A DNA stretch of 64,000 nt from Tubiluchus corallicola (Eukaryota > Animalia > Priapulida). The DNA lies in the NCBI GenBank assembly GCA_030141605.1, contig JAQGDQ010000641.1, positions 56,338-120,337 on the forward strand. The letters are read 5' to 3'. The notes beneath the pieces are model-generated. The model ran no database searches, was not told the origin of the DNA, and saw only the letters and a list, made by a program, of their open reading frames with translations. Below are positions 1-11,200 of this stretch, in pieces. The first letter of the stretch is position 1. Each line of letters opens with the position of its first letter. The translations under genes and the position numbers were made by a program.

Positions 1-645
1 CAACTTGCCTCAACTGAGAGGAAACAGTCGTAGACGCGCTCCAGTCGACTGAGAGGAAACAGTCGTAGACGGGCTCCAGTCGACTGAGAGGAAACAGTCG
101 TAGACGCTCTCCAGTCGACTGAGAGGAAACAGTCGTACACGCGCTCAAGTCGACTGGGAGGAAACAGTCGTAGACCCGCTCCAGTCGACTGAGAGGAAAC
201 AGTCGTAGACACGCTCCAGTCGACTGAGAGGAAACAGTCGTAGACGGGCTTCAGTCGACTGAGAGGAAACAGTCGTAGACGCGCTCCAGTCGACTGAGAG
301 GAAACAGTCGTAGACGCTCTCCAGTCGACTGAGAGGAAACAGTCGTAGACGCGCTCAAGTCGACTGGGAGGAAACAGTCGTAGACCCGCTCCAGTCGACT
401 GAGAGGAAACAGTCGTAGACGCGCTCAAGTCGACTGAGAGGAAACAGTCGTAGACGCGCTCCAGTCGACTGAGAGGAAACAGTCGTAGACGCGCTCCAGT
501 CGACTGAGAGGAAACTGTCGTAGACGCGCTCCAGTCGACTGAGAGGAAACAGTCGTAGACGCGCTCCAGTCGACTGAGAGGAAACAGTCGTAGACGCTCT
601 CCAGTCGACTGAGAGGAAACAGTCGTAGACGCTCTCAAGTCGACT
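1..645. repeat. 35-bp minisatellite (GTCGACTGAGAGGAAACAGTCGTAGACGCGCTCCA), ~18 copies
   Basis: GTCGACT recurs every 35 nt (44, 79, 114...). Confidence 0.97.
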
Positions 646-1599
646 ATGACTGATTTCCAGCAACTAGAAAGATACGAGTTCCCGCGAGTTGCAACACTGC
701 TCAAGTCAACGACAACGAGCGTATGCAAATGAAAAACATCTCTGACCAGAATCACGTGACCAAACCACAATCAACGTCCAACAATGCTCAGGTTAAAACT
801 GGTTGGATACGGTATGCCGTGTGTAGAACATAAACAACTTGCTGGAACTGAGTTGCATTGCGTTTAGTTGCATCGTAAGTTTGCTTATTGCACACTGGAC
901 CGTGTATACTCAGAAATAGCGGCTTACCGCATGCCACCAGTTGCCGAGTCATCATTTCCTCTCAGCTGCGTTGCGTTGCAAGGCCGGCCTAAGCCTGCCC
1001 TAAAATGTGTCAGCCACATTCATATGGGAACGCATCCTCTTTCAAATTGGCAAATAGTTAGAACGGACAGTGTCACACTTTGAGTATTCAATATGGCCGT
1101 CATTCACCGATTCACATTACATTAACGTGTAAACACTCAATTATTTGCGTCACCCACAAAGGAAAAAGTCATCCAAAAAATGTCAAATTGTTGCTGGGCA
1201 TTTGGTACAAAAGAAAATGAGACACAGAGAAAAAGAACAGTTTTTGACTGCCAAAACGTTAACACTAGTTTCCGGAGGAAACGTATTTCACGTAGCAGAA
1301 TTGCCTAATTTTCACATTTGAAGTTGTAAAGCTAATATCTGTACAACCCGTACGATTATTGCATTGTAGCTTGCTCAAAACACTTTCTCAATGAAAGTCC
1401 AAAACATACAAAACGAGAACCCTGCTTTGAAACAGCGCAAAATAGATTTCTATATACAAGTCATACGTACAATATTTACAAAGCATTACTAAAAATTATA
1501 CTGTGCAAATTTACATCGTTATAACAATTGTTGTTCCGACGGAAACATGTATAACGTGCAGCTCCACCTACAGGGTCTATTTACAAACTATCAACATAA

Positions 1600-2035
1600 G
1601 ATTTTTAAGGCATACTGAGTGGAAACGACAAAATTACATAGACACATGCAAGCCAGAAGAGGTTAAAGATATATTGAAAATAAGACTGAATATGATTAAA
1701 GTTAAAGGGAACTACAAGAATGAATTTAAGAATCAGTTATTATGCCCAGTGTGTGAGGAAGATGATGACACTACTGAACATATGCTTAGATGTGACAGAT
1801 ATGGAGAATGGAAAAAAATTTTGAACTCAGATGTATTAATGAACAGTGAAAAGGAAGGATTGCTAGAAATTAGAAATCTAGTGAACGAATGTATGGAATA
1901 CAGGATAAAGACAAATAAAGACATTAAACTTGGAAAAGACAAATAAAACATCAGCGTTATAGAAGAATAGACTTTGCACCCTATAAAGGTGCCCGCCTCT
2001 GATAGGTGGAGAGAGTCGAGTATCGCACTCGCAAA
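1600..2035 (+). mobile_element. 5'-truncated non-LTR retrotransposon 3' end with CCHC zinc knuckle and structured 3'UTR
   Basis: ORF ending IRLNMIKVKGNYKN...CPVCEEDDDTTEHMLRC followed by stem-loops at 1970-2031. Confidence 0.75.
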
Positions 2036-2408
2036 CATTTTCGCTCAACTTTTGTCAAAGCAATAGATGCGGAAGATGAATTTAAGCAAATATAAGATGA
2101 AAACATGAATACATAGGAGAAGAGAAAGTAAAACAAAAACGACAACAAAGATATGTTTTAAAATGGCTAATGAGTATGTCAAAAGTAAATATTATCCATA
2201 ATCACCTTCTTAATCATAATTTGTTCATACAGCTACATTGGTTCATTTAATCAACAAAAATCTATCACATGATTGATGCATTATGTTGTTCTCTGCTAAC
2301 ATGCAGCAGATACCTAGCCTTACAAGTCTAGCTTTGTAAGCAATTTCGGAATTATCGCGGTTATAATATCGATTATAAAAATTCTTCGGAAAAATCTGGA
2401 TTACAGTG

Positions 2409-3192
2409 CAGTAAGTCCTCGCTTAACGACTAACCAGTTTAGTGAAGTTTCGTTTTAATGACGCTGAACATTTGACACCATTTTCCGCTTAACGACGCAC
2501 TCCGCTTAACGACGCACTGTTTCGTTTTAACGACGATTTTTTTACCTTGCTCTACGCAATTTTTATTTTATCAACAACTTTTTTACCTTAAAACAGTACA
2601 TATTGTATTATTATGTTCTAAAAATGATCTAGTAATGTAAACACTGGAATTATTACATAAGAATACAGTCAACCCTCGTTAAACCGGACCCCGTTAGCCC
2701 GGATATTGGATAAGACGGACGTCATCCGTGGTAAAGGAAACTTACCGATTTCCGTCCGAGCCCGAGCACTAAACACAACACGGCCTACCAACTGTACAAT
2801 AATTTCTTTATCCTCACGGGTTAACTATTTTAAACTAATGTACAGCATAGTATATAGTGCAATGTATGTAGGCCTTATTAAGGTGATTATTCCTGTATAA
2901 TATAGACCATATATAGTCATATCGGATACCACCCCCCCCACCCCCCAATTAGTCCGGTTTAACGAGGGTTGATTGTATAGTTGGTTTTGAGCAAGTAGAA
3001 AGAAATTAATCAGCAGAAACACGAGTAAAACTCATAAAACATTTAATTCACATGATTTAAGCAGCATTGATTTTTGCCTCTGGAACTCATCCCGATACTT
3101 TTGCGTTACTTTCCGTGGAAATCTTTGCTTCGTTTAACAGCGTTTCGTTTTTTGCCAGAACGCAGCAAACGTCATTAAGTGAGAACTTACTG
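2409..3192. mobile_element. Tc1/mariner (Tigger-like) MITE with a nested MITE
   Basis: TIR CAGTAAGTCCTCGCTTAACGAC / GTCATTAAGTGAGAACTTACTG; related end fragment near 31260-31302. Confidence 0.75.
2666..2975. mobile_element. Tc1/mariner MITE (CAGTCAACCCTCGTTAAACCGG TIR)
   Basis: TA TSDs, TIRs, second copy at 14231-14558. Confidence 0.9.
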
Positions 3193-3408
3193 CACTCTCG
3201 GTAAATGGCAGGTGTGCCGTGTTCGTCGTAATTCTACGCAGAAATTGCGTTTTCTATCAGCACTCCCTGATTTGTCCAGCCCAGAAAATGAAAATAAAAT
3301 AAACATATAGATTTTATCTAAATGCCAATATGTAGTAACAACTGTTACAATCCATTTTTAGCACCATTTTCTCAAGTTCGCCAACATATGTTTATTTTTC
3401 ATCTACAT

Positions 3409-3816
3409 CAGGGGTGTGCAAATTGTCCGACCAGCCGGGCCACATTAAACTTTCCCGCAATTTCTGCAGGCCACAGGCAGTATGATCAAGGAGCCAAGTA
3501 CAGTAGGACCTAATAACGATTTTTTTTGCATCCGATTTGCGCACATCATTACTACTGCACTCAAGAAACTACTTTACAAGTTATTAAAATTTATATTACA
3601 AACAACATATTTCGTCATGTCCGACAGTGACATTAAGTGATAACGGTCTTGAAAGGGTTAATGTCATTCGATCTAGAGGAAAAAACTACCCGCACTATCG
3701 TTGCGATATTGGCGCAGACTTCAGCTGGATCGCGTGGGCCGCACTTTCATTACGTTGACAAACCTCTTCGCGGGCCACACAAGATCTCTCGGCGGGCCGC
3801 AGTTTGCACACCCCTG
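3409..3816 (+). mobile_element. hAT (Charlie/Buster-type) MITE, CAGGGGTGTGCAAA TIR
   Basis: Perfect 8-bp TSD ATCTACAT with central TA. Confidence 0.93.
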
Positions 3817-3944
3817 ATCTACATTTACAGCAGTTTGGCCACATTTATATGCATTTTCTAATTCCCTGATTTTTTAATTTGAACCCTGCTTAGCCTTTGA
3901 ATTACAGGAATAAATTATTACCACATTATTCTAGAAAGCTTCAC

Positions 3945-4180
3945 TGTGACACTTTTAAATTGTGCACAACGCTTAACTGTGCCACTTTTAAATTGTGCAC
4001 AATGCTTAACTGTGCCACTTTTAAATTGTGCACAATGCTTAACTGTGCCACTTTTAAATTGTGCACAATGCTTAACTGTGCCACTTTTAAATTGTGCACA
4101 ATGCTTAACTGTGCCACTTTTAAATTGCGCACAACGCTTAACTGTGCCACTTTTAAATTGTGCATTATTGTGCACAACGC
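3945..4180. repeat. 33-bp minisatellite, ~6.5 copies
   Basis: CACTTTTAAATTGTGCACAATGCTTAACTGTGC, period 33. Confidence 0.95.
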
Positions 4181-4441
4181 CCTGAAATTGAAAAACATTC
4201 AACTTTTTGAAAACTGAAACATTCTTGCCAAGCGAAGTGCATACAGTTTATACGCGAATCAAAAAGTTTCGGAAACGTGTATTTGTGCAGCCGTGTGTAA
4301 AAATTTCAAGCGTTAATGATTACAAGCCTAAAATTACAACCGATACAGTAATGCAGCATGATCTGAAATGTATATGCCTTGTGCACAATGCGAGTTTAAA
4401 GAAACGTTTTAATTTCATTCACATTTGTTTTATATCACTTA

Positions 4442-4900
4442 CAGGGATGAGAATTACAAATTGCAAAAAACTCTGAAACAGGCCGCGGGCAGCAACAAAT
4501 AGCAATTTTGTGACCATAGAGAGCCTCTAAATGGACTTAAAATATCAATTACCTTGTTTCAGGCATAATATAAAATACCCAACTATCAAGGATACATGAT
4601 ACCTAATTGTCTCAAAAACACCTAAGTACTGGCAGCTCCTATGCAAAAGTATATAAAAACTGTCTGCAATTGACTCAAATAACTCCGCACAATTGATTCT
4701 ATATTTTTATACATAGAGATATACACATGGTTACACTGATGTACGTGATGTAAACAAAGTGACGGCCTGCCACCTAGCGGTCAGTTTGTGAAATAATGTA
4801 CTGGATCCGTAAAAATTTTCTCAACGAATTTACGCGATTTACAAAAATAGCACTACTGGTCTTCCAAAAACTCGGAATTCGCGGAAAATTCTCATCCCTG
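4442..4900 (+). mobile_element. MITE with CAGGGATGAGAAT TIR and 6-bp TSD (hAT6-like)
   Basis: TSD CACTTA; about 150 bp past the DSTYK stop. Confidence 0.9.
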
Positions 4901-5047
4901 CACTTAACAGTTTAGTTCGGCCACAACATTCTGGTTTCTTATGAATTTGACTTGGTATATCACCACGCTAACAAGAATTAATCAAATTAAGAAGAGTTAT
5001 CACACACACACACGCAGCATCCATCTCTAATTACAACGGTTACTTCC

Positions 5048-5220
5048 TCACGACTTTCCAGTTTTTAGTTTGGCGGCAGATCTATAACAATTCATGATCT
5101 CTGTGAGTTTGGTTTGCACGTCGCCCAGTAGGGGTCTCTTCTGTGGCGTGCCCTCCCAGCAGCGAGACATTAGCGTCCAGCACTCGTCGTCACATTTAGA
5201 TGGGCGTTCAGGTCTTGTTC
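5048..5220 (-). CDS. DSTYK: DSTYK terminal coding exon 14
   Basis: [33 protein letters not shown]...TGKS*; CAG acceptor. Confidence 0.95.
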
Positions 5221-8200
5221 CTGAAACCAAACATATATAAAGAAGAGTATTCGCCAGTCATACTACAGACATATTCTTGGCATGCCTTTAGCCACTGTGG
5301 TACTATTTATTGATTGCAGATTACTCCACGTGGCGTTTTATATTAATTAAATTAGCTCTCATTTCTCACAGAGCATTAGATTTTATGCTATTTAGTATGC
5401 AAAATTTTCTTACTGGTAGATAGTGAAAAGTGATTACTACAAGCTAAGTTTTCACACCCCCTGATTTAGTTTCACTTTTATATCGACGCATTGGTCTCAT
5501 CCCAAACCGTAATCTTGTTTCGACATGTTGATCTCCTCCTAAACCGTGCTTTTATTTCGGATACAAAGAAATCTGTTGACTTTTCATTTATGATTGACAA
5601 GTGATCCTGGATCTATTATAAAACAAGAATGCTCGTATTTTGCTCTTGACACCGGGGTACTGTCGAGTTACGGGAACATTATGCCAAAAGCCGTGAAAAG
5701 GAAGAGAGTTTCAAATGACAACTCAATATGTACGTCACAATAGCCAGTTTTTTTTTGTTAAGAAATAATTTTATTCGTTTTGTCCTCTTAGAGATTTTCA
5801 GCATTGGAGAAAAAAAGACGTTACCTTTTCGGACGACACTCCAAAGGTGGTCTTTACTTGTACATTGTTCAAATAACATGGGCAAGCGAACGTGTCCAGC
5901 GCACAAGTACCAGAAAAGGATCCCGAAAGCGTACACATCCACGCTGCTGTCGTACTTTCCCGTGAAAAGCTCCGGGGCCATGTGAATAGGCGTGCCCACG
6001 ATGCTTCCCGACATCATGGCTTCCGGTTTACAAAACCCCAGATCGGTGATCTTGGCTCGATTTTTAGAGTCCAACTGAAACGAGAAAATGTGAACTCGGC
6101 GAAGCCGCATTAAAGAAGAAACTCTACTTACATAAAACTAAAAAAATCATCTTGAAATTCTTTATGCTGCCTTATTGTACACAGAGCTTGCATTAGCAGT
6201 AACGCTGTATAAAACTTGAACTCTTTCGATGACCGTTAGGCGAAGCCATTTTGTTGGTAGGTCAATCGAATGGAGTTTACATAACACTGAGTACAAATTA
6301 AGTCTAATTTTCTTGCAAACAAATTAAGACTAATTTTCTTGCAAACACATTAAGACTAACTTTCTTGCAAAACAAATCAAGTCTAATTTTCTTGCAAAAA
6401 AATTAAGTCTAATTTTCTTGCAAAAGAATTAAGTCTAATTTTCTTGCAAAACAAATTAAGTCTAATTTTTTCGCACTAAGTCTAATTTTCTTGCAAACAA
6501 AATAAGACTAATTTTCTTGCAAAACAAAATAAGACTAATTTTCTTGCAAAACAAATTAAGTCTAATTTTCTTGCAAACAAATTAAATCTAGTTTTCTTGA
6601 CCAACCTTCTAGTAACAAAGAAAGCAACTCACTAGGACGTTTTTGAGTTTAATGTCTCGATGCACCAGCCCCTGACTATGCAAGAACCGCAGTCCGTCTA
6701 TGACGTCCATCGCGACGGTCAGACGACATAACCAGTCGATACCGGCCTTGATGGCGGAGTACAGATCCCTCTGCATACGATCCATGATGAGCAGGACGGC
6801 CGGAGACGAGCCGTTGCCGTATGAATGATCGATGACAGATCCACGTATTGAGACTATGCGCTCGTGCTCCGGTAAACTCCTGGAAAGTTGCGACTTGTTT
6901 ACAATTACTATGAAATGTTGGTGTTGTTAAATGTACTGAATCCGGAACCGGATCGCAGGATTCGGTAACTTTAATGAATAATTTTTAATCTGCTTTTCTT
7001 GAGTAATGATTGAAAGGGCCACATTAAACTTTCCCACAATTTCCCATGGGCCACAGGCAGTTTGATCAAGGAGCCAAGTACAGAAAGGCCTAATAACAAT
7101 TTTTTTGCATCCGACCTGTGTACATCATTACTACTACACTCAAGAAACTATTTTAGAAGTTATTAAAATTTACATTACAAACCATATATTTTTACTTTCA
7201 GGACAGATAGTGGTAATTTCATTACAATGCATATTAGTAATGTGTATCACACAGTCTGTGTAGTACAGTGACATTAAACTACAACCGTCTTGTAAGGGTT
7301 AATGGCATCCGATCTAGAAGAAAAAACTACCTGCACTATCTTTGGGATCGTGGCACGGACTTCAGCAGGATACACTCAATTAATCGCTCGGGCCGCACTT
7401 TCATTAGCTTGACAAATCTCTTCACGGGCCGCACAAATTCTCTCGGCGGGTCGCAATTTGCACACCCCTGGTCTAGACAGTCAAATTTTAATCATCGTTT
7501 TGTTTTCAATTCAATAGATTTATTTTGCAATAAACACATGCATATGCATTACATGTGCATCGATAATCAGTGTTTGGTAATACGAAATTATGATACAATT
7601 CATGAATTCTGCACTAGAGACCTAAGAAGCTAGCTTATGCTAGTCCATTAGAATTGTTACAATAGGAAAGCAAATGTATTAGTCGCTTGCTGCTCCACCT
7701 GTACGTAAAACTAAGAACTAAAAACCGTTAAAATACCGTGAATAGAAAAATTCAAGAGCTAGGTCATTCCAATGCTTTTCGTCAGGAGGCACCACAGATT
7801 TCAGAGCGCAACGTTCGTAGTTACCCCACTTGTGACAGGCATAGACCACCCCATACTGACCTCTTCCAATTTCTCTTCCCATGTCAGGCATACCTGCAAA
7901 AATTACATACCATCAGTCCATTACTACAGATTTAAAGGATAAGAAAAGGGGTATCTGAAGTAGGTTTTAGAAAAATCGCTTTACGAAATTATATTACTTT
8001 ATAGCAATTTTATGCGTATATCGTAGTTGCATCAAAAGAAATTTTTGTTTGTTTTCATTTTAAATCTCCGACAATACTGTTCCTATGTCACCATTACATG
8101 ACGTCACCTACGCACAACGTAAATCAAGGGAAGAAAAGACGATCTTAAATTATGTCCCAAAAACTTTCCATGCAAATCTACATTACTTAGCACTTCGTTA

Positions 8201-11200
8201 GAAAGACTTATTTAACTAGAAAAGAAAATTTTTAATTATTTAAAATGTTTTCACCAATTGGTAAAATGTCGCTGACTCACCTCCAGGGTGCACCACTAAC
8301 TAACCAAAAACGTATTTTTAATCTTATTGGCAAGATACATTAATTTAAAACTTTACTTAATTAGCAACGTGTGTGCTACGAATGAGCTGATTATTTTGTC
8401 AAACTTTACTCAATGTTATCTAAACTTGTTTCAAATGACTTATCATCAAAATGGCTGCGCCTAACGATCATCGCGAGAGTTTAAATTTACATGTTTTATA
8501 CAGCGTGACTGCCAACGCAAGTCTATGTAAGTGATATAAAATTTCAAGACAAATTTTTCAAGCTTTTTGTAAGTGGAGGGTTTTCTTGTGCTTTTCAGCT
8601 TTTGCAACTACAGTAAACTCTGCATAATTCTGATGTCTCAGGGATCAAAAAATCTGTCAGGGTTCCATGATGAGTCGAGTTAGGTGAAGATGCAAATTCT
8701 TGTTTGCTTGTAGATATTTATTGAAATGAGAAATGGCAGCTAAATTTTGATCTATTTTCTAAATGGTTGCATAAATAGCAATGGTCTCCAGTCTTGATAG
8801 ATAGCAAGAGCAGCTTCCCTTTGAAGATAAGAGAATATTTTTAATAAAATGTCCTCTTTTTAATCAACCTACAATACTAATGCTCAGACAGTGTAGCAAG
8901 TGAACAGTGAACCAGACAGTGTAGCTAGTGAACAGTGAACCAGACAATGTAGCAAGTGAACAGTGAACCAGACAGTGAAGCTAGTGAACCGTGAACCAGA
9001 CAGTGTAGCAAGTGAACTATGAACCAGACAGTGTAGCAAGTGAACAGTGAACCAGACAGTGTAGCAAGTGAACAGTGAACCAGACAGTGAAGCTAGTGAA
9101 CAGTGAACCAGACAGTGTAGCAAGTGAACAGTGAACCAGACAGTGTAGCAAGTGAACAGTGAACCAGACAGTGTAGCTAGTGAACTGTGGACCAGACACT
9201 GTAGCAAGTGAACAGTGAACCAGACAGCGTAGCAAGTGAACAGTGAACCAGACAGTGAAGCTAGTGAACTGTGAACCAGACAGTGTAGCAAGTGAACAGT
9301 GAACCAGACACTGTAGCTAGTGAACTGTGAACCAGACAGTGTAGCAAGTGAACAGTGAACCAGACACTGTAGCTAGTGAACTGTGGACCAGACACTGTAG
9401 CAAGTGAACAGTGAACCAGACAGCGTAGCAAGTGAACAGTGAACCAGACAGTGAAGCTAGTGAACAGTGAACCAGACAGTGTAGCAAGTGAACAGTGAAC
9501 CAGACACTGTAGCAAGTGAACAGTGAACCAGACACTGTAGCAAGTGAACAGTGAACCAGACACTGTAGCTAGTGAACTGTGAACCAGACAGCGTAGCAAG
9601 TGAACTGTGAACCAGACAGTGTAGCAAGTGAACAGTGAACCAGACACTGTAGCAAGTGAACAGTGAACCAGACACTGTAGCTAGTGAACTGTGAACCAGA
9701 CAGTGTAGCAAGTGAACTGTGAACCAGACAGTGTAGCAAGTGAACAGTGAACCAGACAGTGTAGCAAGTGAACAGTGAACCAGACAGTGTAGCAAGTGAA
9801 CAGTGAACCAGACACTGTAGCAAGTGAACAGTGAACCAGACACTGTAGCTAGTGAACTGTGAACCAGACAGTGTAGCAAGTGAACAGTGAACCAGACACT
9901 GTAGCTAGTGAACTGTGGACCAGACACTGTAGCAAGTGAACAGTGAACCAGACAGCGTAGCAAGTGAACAGTGAACCAGACAGTGAAGCTAGTGAACAGT
10001 GAACCAGACAGTGTAGCAAGTGAACAGTGAACCAGACACTGTAGCAAGTGAACAGTGAACCAGACACTGTAGCTAGTGAACTGTGGACCAGACACTGTAG
10101 CAAGTGAACAGTGAACCAGACAGTGTAGCTAGTGAACAGTGAACCAGACAGTGTAGCAAGTGAACAGTGAACCAGACACTGTAGCTAGTGAACTGTGAAC
10201 CAGACACTGTAGCTAGTGAACTGTGAACCAGACAGTGTAGCAAGTGAACAGTGAACCAGACACTGTAGCAAGTGAACAGTGAACCAGACACTGTAGCTAG
10301 TGAACTGTGGACCAGACACTGTAGCAAGTGAACAGTGAACCAGACACTGTAGCAAGTGAACTGTGAACCAGACAGTGTAGCAAGTGAACAGTGAACCAGA
10401 CACTGTAGCTAGTGAACTGTGGACCAGACACTGTAGCAAGTGAACAGTGAACCAGACACTGTAGCAAGTGAACAGTGAACCAGACACTGTAGCAAGTGAA
10501 CTGTGAACCAGACAGTGTAGCAAGTGAACAGTGAACCAGACAGTGTAGCTAGTGAACTGTGAATACTAATAATACAAAATTTACAATAGATTATGAACTT
10601 TCCGCTGCCTATAACACGTAATAACAAGAAAGAAAACAAATTTAAAAATGTTTGTATTCAACATGCTTCACTACAAAAAAATTTAAACAGGCCAACAAGC
10701 TAAGAATCACTTACCATAAAGAATCATATCTTTAATACTGGTGCTCTCTAAAGCGAGTCGAGCCAGTTGGGGTGCAAATCCCTTTCTCACCTTTAGCCGG
10801 GCTGCTTCCGTCTTTTCCAACCTAAACATTAGCCACAAGTAGGGACCAATTCACGTGTGGAATGCATATATAATCATGTAAACAGGTACACGCATCTCAA
10901 AATAATATTCTGAATAAGCTTATCATTTACTTGCAAGTGCTATATTTACTGTAAATAGGAAAAAAAGACGTGAAATGAATAAGCATTTTCACAGCTTCAT
11001 TGAGCGCACGTACATAGTTGGTGTACGTTACATAGGTAATTCATAATAAAAAGGGTTAGCAGTCAAGATTATTCACACCACTAGTAATAGAAACAACAAG
11101 ACGATAGTAAAAAGAATTAATAGGTCTAGTATTTCTGATAAAATATATGAGCAGTACAATTTCTTTCATATTAACACGTTACAATGTAATTTAGAATTGA

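Noticed and set aside
1-645. 35-bp repeat containing a CAGTCGACTG palindrome, superficially CRISPR-like
   Set aside because: Units are contiguous with no unique spacers, there are no cas genes, and the context is eukaryotic. It is a minisatellite; ORF 355-663 is a by-product.
8884-10639. Many overlapping ORFs in the 28-bp array
   Set aside because: Artefacts of a stop-poor repeat unit inside an intron.
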